A stretch of DNA of 64,000 nucleotides, taken from positions 853,725 through 917,724 of the forward strand of contig JAHRHZ010000019.1 in assembly GCA_024137785.1 (NCBI GenBank). The letters run 5' to 3'. This DNA comes from Ginglymostoma cirratum (lineage: Eukaryota). Below, one piece after another: positions 49,360 to 61,615 of this stretch. The notes below the pieces were generated by a model. That model ran no database searches. It worked only from the letters and a program-made list of their open reading frames with translations, and was not told the origin of the DNA. Position 1 is the stretch's first letter, and the number at the start of each line of letters is the position of its first letter. A program made the position numbers and the translations under genes.

Positions 49360-50640
49360 TAGGATCGGGTGGAGTCAGCACTGCTTCATCAAGAGGAGAT
49401 CATGCCTGAAAAATCTTTTCAAATTCTTTGAGGAAGTAATGAGCAAATTAGACTAAGGAGAGGCAGTGGACGCGATATATTTGGATTTGCAGAAGGCCTT
49501 TGATGAGATGCCGCAAAAGAGGCTGCTAAATAAGATAAGAGACCATGTTGATAGTGGCAAGGTACTGGCATGGAGAGGAGATTGGCTGACTGGCAGAATA
49601 CAGAGAGAGGTGATAAAAGGGTCTTTTCAGGTTGCCAGCCAGTTACTAGTGGAGTTCTGCAGGCATCAATGTTGGAATCACAACCATTCATGTTATACGT
49701 TAATAATCTGAACAATGAATCTGAGGGCATTTTGCTACGTTTGCCAATGACACAAAGCTAGATGGAAGGAGAGTTAGTGTTGAGGAAGTGGGGAAACTGC
49801 AGAAGGACCTGGACAGCTTGGGGAGTAAGCAAAGACATGTAAGATGGAAAATAATGTGAGTGAGAGTGAAATTATGCACTTTGATAACAAGAATAAAGGA
49901 GTGCAATATTTTCTAAATAGGAAAGGTTTCAGAAATCTGATACACAAGGGGACATGTGAGGGCTAGATTAGGATTCTCTTAAGGTTAACATAATTTTAGT
50001 TGGAGGTGAGGAAGGCAAATACAATGTTAGCTTCCATTTCAAGTGGGCTAGAATACAAGAGCCCAGATGTAATACTGAGGATGTATAAAGCTCTAGTGAG
50101 ACCTCATATGGAATGCTGTGAGCAGTTTTGGACCCTGTATTCAGGGAAGGATGTGCTGGCCTTGGAGGGAGTCCAGGGGGCATTTACAAAAATGATCTTG
50201 GAGATACAGAGCCTGTCATATGAGGAGCAGTTAAAGACTCTAGGTGTGTAGTTGATGAAGTTTTGAAGGATGAGGGGGACTGGATTGATATTTGCAGAAA
50301 ACTGGCAGGCCTGGATAGATTGGATATGGGAAAGATGTTTCCGCTAGGAGGAGAGAGTCGGAACTGAGGGCACCGCCTCAGATTGAAGGGTCGACATTTG
50401 AGAACTGAGCTGTGGAGGAACATCTTCACCTACAGTGTGGTAAATCTATGGGACTTATTGTCACAAAGAGCTCTGAAGGTAAAATCACTGAATGCATTTA
50501 AGACCGAGATAGATAAGTTATTGGATCAAAGGTTACAGGGAGAAGAATTGAGCTGAAAAATATTTCAGCCATGATTGAATGGTAGAACTGACTTGATGGG
50601 CCAAATGGCCTAATTCTGTTCTTATATCTTATGTTCCTCT
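49360..50640 (+). mobile_element. CR1-type LINE fragment
   Basis: DAIYLDLQKAFD, YKALVRPHMECC, 3' UTR. Confidence 0.8.
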
Positions 50641-51094
50641 TTCCTTATGGTCTTATTAATATCTTCATCCTAATTATACGACAGTCATTATCAGCCCATT
50701 CATTTCGGGTTCCATTCATGCAGAGCAGGACTCTGCATCCTATCGGCACCCATCATCTGGTTCCAACCATTTGTTTTTAAAATGCAGGAACCCAGTAATC
50801 TACAAGCAGACTCCAACTCCACATATGTGGCAATTATTTCACTGATCATGGTATTTCAAAGCAAATCACTGATTGGTACCAAGACAGTAATTACACTCAG
50901 TGTAATGACTTAAACCAAAACAATGCCTTTTCAAATCTAACTCCTCTATCAAAGTGAAATCTTAATTATTGACCCTTTGTTTCAGAATTTTGAGCCACGT
51001 TAAGTCAGTGAACAAAAGATACGTTGCCGCTAAACCCTACCTGCTAAGAGTGACACTTTATCGCTGAGTCATGGAGTTTAATGATCTGCAGCCA

Positions 51095-51104
51095 NNNNNN
51101 NNNN
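51095..51104. other. Assembly gap (10 N)
   Basis: N run. Confidence 1.
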
Positions 51105-51649
51105 ACAGAGGGCTGTGGAGGCCAACTCATAGAGTGTCTTTAAGACAGAGATTGACAGGTTCTCGATGAGAAAGGGAATCAACAGTTACATGGAGAAGGC
51201 AGGAGAATGGGATTGAGAAACACATCAGCTATGATTAAATGGTGGAACAGTCTCAATTGGCTGAATGGCTTAGTTATTCTCATTTATCCAATGGGAATGT
51301 GGAAATATCAGGGTAATTAGGGACCCCTTCAGGTGGCTATTAGCAGAAATCTCGTTGTTGAACGAATAAGAATAACAGTCTCAGCTGCTGACTCATGGGA
51401 ACACAACACACCCCACTCCCTGCTCAGCCAATCATTGTACACAGTGATGCAGCATCAACAGTGAATCTTCCCGTCTGCTCTCAGGCTGGCATTTGTTGTC
51501 CATCCCTCATTAGCCTTGAACTGAGTGTCTCACATGATCATTTCAGAAGGTAGTTAAGAGGCAACCACAGTGTTGTGGGTCTGGAGTCACTTTCAGGTCA
51601 GGTCAGGACAGTCAAATCTCTTCCCTAAGCACACTAGTAAACCTGTTCG

Positions 51650-52692
51650 GATAGCAGGAACTGCAGATGCTGGAGCCAGAGACAACACAGTGTAGAACTG
51701 AAGGAACACAGCAGGTCAGGCAGCATCAGAGGAGCTGGTAAGTTAATGTTTTGGGTCAGGACCCTTCTTCAAAAATGGGAAGGGTGAAGGTACTTTGGAA
51801 ATAAATAGAGAGGAGGGATGGGGCTGGGGAAGTTAGGTGTGATGGTGATAGGTGAGTGCAGGTTGGGAGTGGTGGGTTGGTCAGTTGGATGGGTGGGACG
51901 GATAAGAGGGAGACAAGATGAACAGCTTGTGTCAGGTCAAGGATGTGGGGATGAGAGGGAGGGTTGAATATGGGTTAAGTATGTGGCTGAAGTTTTTCAT
52001 GGAGAGGAGATTACCAGAAGGTTGTAGTGGGAGCCAGATCCACTGAGTTCTTTCCTCGCAGGTGGAGAACTTCTTCGGGGTGAGAATCCTTGGAAGAGGC
52101 TTCACTGTGGGGTTATGGGTAGCAAGAACTGCAGATGCTGGAGGCAGAGACAACACAGTGTGGAGCTGGAGGAACACAGCAGGCCAGGCAGGATCAGAAG
52201 ATCAGGACTGTTTTCTCTGACTCCAGCATCTGCAGTTCTTACTATCTGAGTGAGTTATAACACCACTGTGAAGCCTCTTCCAAGGATGCCCAACCTGAAG
52301 AGGTTGTTCTCCTCCCTCTGGCAAGACTTCTAGATCTCTCTTCCACTTCAAGCCTCTAGTAATCTCCTCTGCCCTGAAATCTCTTCGACTATCTATTTAA
52401 CCCATGTCCAACATTCCCTCTCATCCCCTGCTCCATGACTTGACACGACCTGTCCATCTTCTCTCCCACCTATCTGCTCCATCCATCCCACTGACCAATC
52501 CACACCACTCCCTACCTGCTCTCCCCTATCGCTATCCCACCTACCTTCCCTAGTCCACACCACCTCTCTCTATTTATTTCCCCACTCCCTTCCCCCTCCC
52601 CATTTCTGAAGAAAGGTCCTGACCTGAAATGTCAACTTTCCTGCTCCTCTGATGCTGTCTAGTCTGCTGTGTTCCTCCAGCTCCACACTGTT
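51650..52692. mobile_element. Inverted pair of Penelope-like 3' ends
   Basis: About 51650-52112 (-) and 52260-52692 (+) are reverse-complement relatives, with a short inverted terminal-repeat piece between them. Confidence 0.7.
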
Positions 52693-53276
52693 AGCAAACC
52701 TGATGGATTTTTGTGACAATTTGTGGTTTCATGAACGAAACGTAAAGTTACTATCGGTTGTTCTCTCATCAGAGAGAGACGACTGATGGTGGTTTAACCT
52801 GAGGTCACTGTCAGGTGAGGGGAGAAGTTGAAAAGGAGAGCCCTTCAGGGTAACCTCAGCTGGTGAAGGAATTGAACCCACGCTACCGTTGTTACCCTGC
52901 ATCACAAACCAGCCATCCAGATAACACACCCGCTAGAATTTTACAATCCCCATTACTGAAACTGGCACCCTTTTTTTTTTTGGAAAATGTATTTATGAAT
53001 TGTGATTAAATTCCCTCAGTTCCCATGTTGAGACATGATCACAACCCCTTAAGTTTTAAGATAGCAATGAATGAGGGTAAGTCAGGAAATAGTAGCAAGT
53101 TACTAAATTGGGGGAGGGAAAATTAAATCAGTATTAGGCAGGAGCTAGGAAGTGTTAACTGGGAGGTGCTTTTATCAGGAAAGTCCACATTTGACATGTA
53201 GGAATTTGTAAAAGTTTCATTGATAGTTCAGGAATGGCATATTCCATTAAAGAGGAATGACAAGGAGGGCAAAGTC

Positions 53277-53620
53277 TCATCTGCAGTTCCTACTACCTCG
53301 GAAACCATCTTAACCCCACTGTGAAGCCTCTTCTAAGGATGCCTACCCTGAAGAAGCTACCCTCCTCCCTCCAGGAAAACCTCAGTGGATCTCTCTCCCA
53401 CTGCAACTCTCTCGTAACCTCTTCAGCTTTGAAACTGCTCCATTCCCGCTTCTTTGACCAGTCTGTCTCCTCTCCACCTATCCTCTTCTCTATCCATCTT
53501 CTATCCACCTCCCCCTCTCTCCCTATTTATTTCAGATTCCCTTTCCCTTCCCCCATTTCTGAAGAAGCATCTAGGCCCGAACCGTCAGCCTTCCTGCTCC
53601 TGATGCTGTCACTTGGTTGA
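53277..53620 (+). mobile_element. Penelope-like terminal repeat inserted in a CR1 fragment
   Basis: Same family as 52260-52692. Degenerate hammerhead near 53558. Confidence 0.65.
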
Positions 53621-56569
53621 GGGTTTTTTTTTTTCTCAAACAGACCCCCTAACAGTTGCAGAGAAGTGGAGGAGCAGATTGGGAGGCAGAAAGGTGCAGA
53701 AGTCACAGGGTTGTAATTATGAGTGACTTCAACTTTCCAAATATTGATTGGAAACTTTTTAGTTCTAATAGTTTAAATGGAATGGATTTTTGTCCAGTGT
53801 GATCAGGAAACATTCCTGACACAGTATGTAGATAGACCAACATGAGGAGACGCCACTTTGGATTTAGTGCTTGCCAATGAACCGGGCCAAGTGTTAGACT
53901 TGTTGGTAGGAGAGCATTTTGGTAGTAGCAATCATAACTCTGTTTCTTTTACAACAGTCATGGAAAAGGATAGGTACATACAGCAGGGTAAGGCTTACAA
54001 TTAGGGGAAGGGTAACTATAATTCTGTTAGGCAAGAGCTGGGTAACATAAAATGGGAACAAATGCTGTCAGGGAAGAGCACTATTGAAATGTGCTGATTG
54101 TTTAAGGAATGCATACTGAGTGTGCTTGATGTGTTTGTCCCCAGCAGACAGGGAAGATGCGGTCAAGTGAGGGAGCCTTGGTCCTCAAGAGAGGTTGAAC
54201 GACTGGTCAAGAGGAAGAAGGATGCTTACATAAGGTTTAGGAAACAAGGATCGGAAAAGGCTCCAGTGGGATACAAGTTAGCCAGGATTGAGCTGAAGAA
54301 AAGGCTTCGGAGAGCTATAAGGGGGCATGAGAAAACCTTGGCAGACAGGATCGAGTAAAACCTCAAGGTTTTTTACATGTACATGAGGAATAAGAGAATG
54401 ACCAGAGAAAGGGTAGGGCCGATCAAGGATTGTAAAGGGAATTTGTGTATGGAGCCTAAAGACAGAGGAGAGGTCCTTAATGAATACTTTTCTTCAGTAT
54501 TCACAACTGAGAGGGACCTAGTTGTAGAGGAGGACAGCGTGAAACAGACTGGAAGGCTAGAGGAGGTGGATGTTAGTAAGGAAGATGTACTAGGAATTTT
54601 GAGGAACTTGAAGATAGATAAATCCCCCGGGCCTGATGGGATTTATTCAAGGATTCTATGAGAAGCGAGGGAAAGGTTGAAGAGCTCGGTCTTTTCTCCT
54701 TAGAACAATAAAGGGTGAGAGGTGACTTGATAGATGCGTACAAAATGATCAGAGGTGTAGATAGAGTGGATAACCAGGGACTTTTTCCTAGGGTGGAGGT
54801 AGCTATTACGAGGGGGCATAGTTTTAAAGCGAGTGGAGGTAGATATAGGGGAGACATCAGAGGCAGGCTCTTTACTCAGAGTGGTAAGTGCGTGGAATAC
54901 ATTGCCAGAGAAGATAGTGGAGTCGGCCTCATTAATGGCATTTAAGTGGCAATTAGATGGACATATGGATGATAGTATAAGGTAGGGGTGGAGGTTAGAT
55001 AGACTTTAGGTTTAGGGCAAAAGTTCTGCACAACATCATGGGCTGAAGGGCCTGTACTGTTCTATCTTCTCTCCCAGTCAATTAGAACATTAGGAGCCTA
55101 ACAGGAAAGACAGTGGAACAGCAATGGCAGGAGTTTATAGGAATAATTCAGGAGACGCAGCAAAAATTCATCCTTAGGAAAAAGAAGCATGGTACAGGGA
55201 TGATGAGGCATCCATGGCTGACTAGGGAAGTCAGGGATAGCATAAGAGCAAAAGAGAAAGCATACAATGTGGTGAAGGGCAGTGGGAAATCAGAGGATTG
55301 GGAAGCTTACAAAGACCAACAGAGGGCCAAAAATAAAATGAGGGAGAAGATTAAACATGAGGGTAAGCCAGCCAGTAATATAAAGACAGTAAGAGTTTCT
55401 TTAGATATATAAAGGGCAAAAGAGAGGCATAAGTGGACATTGGACCCTTGGAAAATGACGCTAGAGATAGTAGAGGGGAGCAAGGAAATGGCTGAAGAAC
55501 TGAACAATTACTTGTGCTTTGCGCTGTTTAAATCTTCGAATTAAATGACTGAGCACTCCACGCAAAATCTGAGGGAAACAACAACAGAGTGCAACCTTCT
55601 CTCTGTTGCTGCTGTTTGTAGCCAATCCTGCAAGGTGATCTGTTGTCTCACTACTCCGTCTTGTACCAGCCTCACCCACCCACTGTAGCTCGACTGTCAC
55701 CGCTCTGTGGGATCCGCCTAGTCAACCGGAACATTAGCTTTGAGCCAAGCTCCTGAAATAGTTTTGACAGACACAGCTTCCTGCCCTACGTATGACAGAT
55801 TCACCAACTGAGGTCCTCTCTTATTCTTCCATGTTCTGATGATTGCCGGCCCTGTATTGTTGGGATGTCATATTGTGCCTGTATGGCACATTGGTGAAAC
55901 TCCTTTTGGAGTACTGCATACAATTCTTTTCATTCTGCTGTAGGAAGAATTTTATTACCTTCGAAAGGGTGCAGAATAGATTTACAAGGATGTTCCTGGG
56001 GCTGGAGTGCTTGAGTTATCAAGAGAGGCTGGGTATGAAGAGACTCCTTTCCCTGGAATGTAGGATGCTGAGGAGTGACCTTTATAGAGGATTCTAAACT
56101 CTTGAGGGCCTTTGATAAGGTGAATAGTGAATGACTTTTACTCAGGGTAGGGGAGTTTAAAACCAGAAGCATAGGTTTAAGGTGACAAGGGAAAGTATTA
56201 AAAGGGACCTGAGAGGGCATATATAGAGTGGATAGCCAGAGACTTTTTCCCAGGGTGGAAATGGCTATTATGAGGGCGCATAATTTTAAGATGATTGGAG
56301 AATGGTATAGGGGAGATGTCAGAGGTAGATTCTTTACACAGAGAGATGGGTGCATGGAATGCACTGCCTGTGGTGGTAGTAGAGTCAGATACATTAGGAA
56401 CATTAAAGTGACTCTTGGATAGGCACATGGATGATAGAAAAGTGAAGGGTATGCAGGTTAGTTTGATCTTAGAATAGGATAATAGGTCGGCGTAACATCG
56501 TGGGCCAAAGGGCCTGTATGATTCTATGTTCTATAAATGGGAAATGCTTAGAGGGACATTGGCCAACCA

Positions 56570-56912
56570 CTCAATGGCCTAGTGGTATTATTGCTGGGCT
56601 GTTAATCCAGAGACCCAGACAACATTCTAGGGACCTGGGTTCGAATCACACCACTGCAGAGGATGGAATTTGAATTCAATAAATATCTGGAATCAAGAAT
56701 ATAGTGATGACAGTGAAACCATTGTTGATTGTCAGAAAGACCTAACTAATGTCCTGTAGGGAAGGACACTGCCGCTCTTACCTGGTTTTGCTTACATGTG
56801 ACTCCAGACCCACATCAATGTGATAGAGTATTAACTGCCCTCTGAGCAATTGGGGAAGTGCAATAAATGCTGCCTAACCAGTGACACGGTCATCCTGTGA
56901 ATGAATAAAGAA
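56570..56912 (+). mobile_element. tRNA-derived SINE family B (other copies ~22425-22770 -, 23475-23850 -, 45290-45610 +, 46050-46895 -, 51480-51640 -)
   Basis: tggcctagtgg..gggttcgaatc head, catgtgactccagacccac core and caataaatgctg tail, recurring across the window. Confidence 0.7.
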
Positions 56913-59900
56913 TAAAGAACACCCAAATGGAAAATGTTTAGTTTGGGAAACCTAGTTGGCATCGACGAGTTGGACTGAAGGGTCTGTTGCTATGCTGCGT
57001 AAATATAACCCGATAACCTCACCTCATATATATGTGTATCATCCCAGGGATCCTTCTGTAGACAATGTCCAATGCCAGGACATCTTTCCTTAGATAAGGG
57101 ACCACAACTGCTGACAGTATTCCATTTGTGATCTGACTTGTGCTTTAAATAGTTTTAGCAAAACCTTCCTAATTTTATTTGCCATTTACTTTGAAATAAA
57201 GGCCAACTCTCCATTTGCCTTTCTCATCAGTCACAAAATTTGGATTTTAGCTTTTTGTGTTTCATAGACAAGGACTCCAAAATCCCTCTCTTCAGAAGCT
57301 TTCTGTAGTCTTCCACATTTCAATAATATTCTGCTTCTCTATACTTCCTGCCAAAGTGTATGGTCTCACATTTCTTCACATTATATTCCATCTGCCAAGT
57401 TTTTGCCCTCTCACTTTCCGAGTCAATATCCCTCTGCAGACTTTTTGTTACTACCTGCCTTCCCACTTATTTCTGTGTTGTTCACAAACTTGGTGATAGT
57501 ACATTTACTTTCGTAATCCAAGTCATTAATATATATTGTAAACAATTATGGCCCCAGCACTGATCCCTGTGACATTCCAATAGCTTCAGGTTGCCGTCCT
57601 GAAAATGCCCCCTTTATCATCGCTCTCTGTCTTCTATTAGTTAGCCAATTCTCTTTCCATACTCATACACCACCTTCAAAACCATGGGTCTCTTACGGAG
57701 TAGCCTTATGTGTGGGACATTATCAAATGTGGACTGAAAACACCTAGATATTACATCCACGGCTACATCTTTTACTAAAGGTAAAATACTGCAGATGATA
57801 GGAACCTGAAGCAAACACAGAGAATGCTGTAGAAAGTCAACAGTTCTGGCAATATCTGTAGAAAGAAAAACAGAGTGAACATTTCATATCCGATCTGACT
57901 CTTCAATCTCTTTGTTAACTTGTAATTGGGCCGTTATTTTGTTCCGAATATGATGCACATTCAAGTAAAGAGTCATTAACTTTTCCTTTTTGGCATTATT
58001 TCCCCTGGTGACCGTGTTTGCTGCTGTTTTTCTGTGTGGTATCCTCTGTCTGTTTCTGTCCCATTCTGGGTATTCTTATCCAAATAGCTGCCTGTAATGC
58101 TGCTGTGTCCTCTTGATTTGTCGGCCTCCAGTCCCTTTCTCCCAAACCCTGCCTCCTTTAATTAGTGTACAGCCCTCTCTACAGCCCGAGTTATTCAATT
58201 AACCAGGACACTGGTCCCAGCACAGTTCAAGTGAAGCCCGTACCAAAAGAACAGCTCCCTTTTAACCCAGTACTGGTGCCACTGCCCGATGAATCAAAAC
58301 CCATTCCACCCAGACCAAACTGAGCCACGTATTTAACTGCTGGACTGTTTTTACCCTATGCCAGTTTGCTTCTGGCTCAGGAAGTAATCCAAAGATTCTT
58401 ACTTTGGAGATTCTGTTTTAAAATTTAGTTCTGAACTGTTCAAAGTCTTTCAGTGAAACATCCTTTCTTGTACTCCCAATGTCATTGGCCCCAAAGTGGA
58501 CAATAATGACTGGATTCTTCTCCTCTGTCTCCAAGTTCTTCTCCAGCTCTAAGGAGACATCCTTTACCCTGGCACTGGGCAGGCAGCACATGTCTTTAGA
58601 CAGCAGGATCTATCCCCCTCATTTTACTGTCCCCTCCCACAACGATGTTACTATTTATTCTCCCGACTTGACTCACTGTCTTTCCCATGGTGCCATGGAC
58701 AGTTTGCTCATTCTCCCTACAGTCCCCTCTCTGACTCAGAAGAACCTTATAACTGCAGGAGCTGAGGCTTATTGTCCACAGACTTGAGGTGTTCTGGAAC
58801 AGCCAGATTTTAACGTGTGTCCGTCTTGTTCACCAATCAGACCCACCCCACTCCTGTCGTCACTTATCCAGCAGCACCACCCTTGGAGGTCTCTCTGCTG
58901 ATTGAAATGATCCTTCTTGAGCATTCTTGATTTATTATATCTCCATCATTATTCATTGTGATGGATTGGCTATGACTCAGGGACATTAACCAGTGTTTCT
59001 CATCAGCACATCTACCGTGACAAAATAGTGGTATATTGGAGTTAGGAGGTGTACGTTTGTATGATTTTACCCTGTGAATAAATATAAGGTTCATTAAAAA
59101 TGATCTCCTGTGTTTCTGGTTTTGCAGATTAAGATACTCTTGTTCTACCTTCTTTGGCCTGATCACTGCACTCTGGAACTGAACCTCTCATCCTTTGCAT
59201 CTCTTGTCTGCCCTTTCCTGCTTTAAGAAGCTTTAAAGGTCAATTCATTGATTTTAGTGACAGTGTTTGAGGGACAGTCAAAGAGTCAGTGGAAAAAAAA
59301 CAGAAAATGCTGGCATCCTGATGAAGAGTCACCGGACTCAAAACTTTAATTCTGGCTTCTTCCCACTGATGCTGCTCGACCTGCTGAATTTCTCCAGCAA
59401 TTTCTGTTTGTATTTCAGATCTGTAGCACCTGCAGTTACTTGCTTTATTATGGAATCGGGGGGTGGGTGAGGGGCTAAATGATGAAATCTTCTCATGGAC
59501 ATTAGGACATGGATGAGAAAATAGATGTTCCTGTTGCACTTTCACTACAGAAGAGGAAGCTGATACTGTCACAGGAAAAGTATGCATGAGGTAAGGTAAT
59601 GACTGAGATCCAGGAGGACGTGCTCAAAGTGGGAGACAGTGACACAGAGAGAATAATGTTATCATCAATTTCGACCTAATCTATTTTCTGCTCGTTTGGG
59701 TCTGTCTGCTCCGTCACCTTTTAGCTCAGCTTCTAATCTCACAATTTCATCTTCCCTGACAGGAAATAGTTCCTCTGCTGCCTCTGAATCTGCTCCTTTT
59801 TTCAATCTCACTGTTTGAATTCCTGAGGCCGCCCTTTATTCCACCTTGTGTTTCTTCACATTTTTGGGATGGTTCCAACATTGCAACAGAGGCAGTTGAG

Positions 59901-59947
59901 GGTTTCATTTACCATTCCAGTAAACCACTTCCCCATTAGCTCCAGCC

Positions 59948-60250
59948 TGGTGGTTCAGTGGTTAGCACTGCTGCCTCAGCACCTGGCACCCGGGTTCGAT
60001 TCAATTCTCTAGCGACTGTCTGTGTTGAGTTTGCACATTCTCCCTGTGTCCGCGTGGATTTCCTCCAGGTTCTCTGGTTTTCTCCCATGGTCCAAAAGAT
60101 GTGCAGGCTAGGTGGATTGGCCGTGCCAGTAGTGTTTCAGGGATGTGTAGATTAGGCGGGTTATAGGGGGAATGGGTCTGGGTGGGATGCTCCTACGGTC
60201 AGTGTGGACCCAAAGGGCCTATTTCCACACTATAGGGATTCTATGATTCT
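59948..60250 (+). mobile_element. HE1/V-SINE-like SINE
   Basis: Same head, body and tail as 17901-18203. Confidence 0.75.
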
Positions 60251-60549
60251 AAGAAACTGAGTTTGGGCTTCAGTGTTCAACGGCTTATCAACACACAGAG
60301 CTAGCTAGTGTCTGTGACAGCAGCAGGCAGGCGATAAAAAGCTGTAGAAGCAACCACAGTAAGTCTGGCTTTAGAAACTTGAAGTACCTCAACCGAGTGA
60401 AAAATTCTGAAACAGCTTGTGGAAAGCACAGAAACTCTCACTGACACGACAAGGGGAACAATCTGAAACATTAATCTCGGGTAAAGCAGTTACTATCTTA
60501 TACACAATGTAAGATAAATCCCTTTGCCGAAGGGTGGAAATTGTTACAT

Positions 60550-61615
60550 TACAGAAATAAATCTAGTCTGAGAAGCTAAGAGAAGCCATAAATCACTTTT
60601 CTTACTCAACAAGCAACATTGAAACTTGCCTGAAAAAGACCACCATCGACAGGGCTGTGCTCCCAAATTCAACTTGTCAGACCTCAGCTCTGCAGTCCTG
60701 TCACGTCCAGTCGTGAATGATGGTGGACAATGAAATAACTAACAGGAGGGGCATACTCCAGAAATATTCCCTCCATCAATGATGGGAGAGTCCAGCACAT
60801 CACTGTAAAAGATCTGTGCTCCAAGCCAAGCTGTTCCAGGACAGCTACAACACTAGTAGCTGCCTGACAATGTGGGAAATTGCCCAGGTATGTCCTATCA
60901 ACTAAAAGCAGGATTAATCCCACCCAATGAATTATTGCCCCATGATTCTACTCTGCAACATCAGTAAAGTAGTACAAGAGGTTATCAAGCAGCACATGCT
61001 TCAGAATAACCTTTTCGCTGATGCTGACCTCGGGCTCCACAAGGGCCAATTGAGCACTGACATCTTTGCAGCCTTGTTCCCAACATCGGAAATAGAGCCA
61101 ACCTCCAAAACTGAGGCAAGAGTAACTCACCCCCTGACTGTTTGAAACATGTCCACCATCTGCAAGGCACAAGTCAGGAGTGTGATAGAATACTCCTCAC
61201 TTGCCTGGATGGGTGCAGCTCCAACAACACTCAAGAAGCCTGACACCATCCAGTACAAAGCAGCCACTTCACTGACACCCCATCCACTATTTTTACATTC
61301 ATCCCCTTGCCCACTGATGTACAGGAGCAGTGGTGTTAATCTGTAAGATGTGCCATAGGAACTTCTTAAGGCACCTTCAACAACATTATCCAAACCCATG
61401 GACAATTCCATCCAGGAGCACTTCACAAGTCCCTCATGGTTGACTAATGATTTAGGTGAGGGAACTAAATGTAATATGTCCAGGTTTGCAGACGATACAT
61501 AGCTGGGTGGGATGGGGAGCTGTGAGGAGGATGCAGAGATGATTCAATATAAATTGGACAAGTTAAGCGAGTGGGTAAATGCATGGCAGACACAGGATAA
61601 TGTGGATAAATGTGA
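60550..61615 (+). mobile_element. Decayed LINE RT fragments
   Basis: NYCPMILLCNISKV, KAQVRSVIEYSSLAWMGAAP, then a CR1-type FADDT segment. Confidence 0.65.

Larger units (their letters stand above)
53050..58740. mobile_element. Cluster of CR1-type LINE fragments (+ strand 53050-56530, - strand 57040-58740)
   Basis: KSPGPDGIY.RIL, LNEYFSSVFT, RGDLI..YK, LEYCIQF motifs, with stops and frameshifts. Confidence 0.75.
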
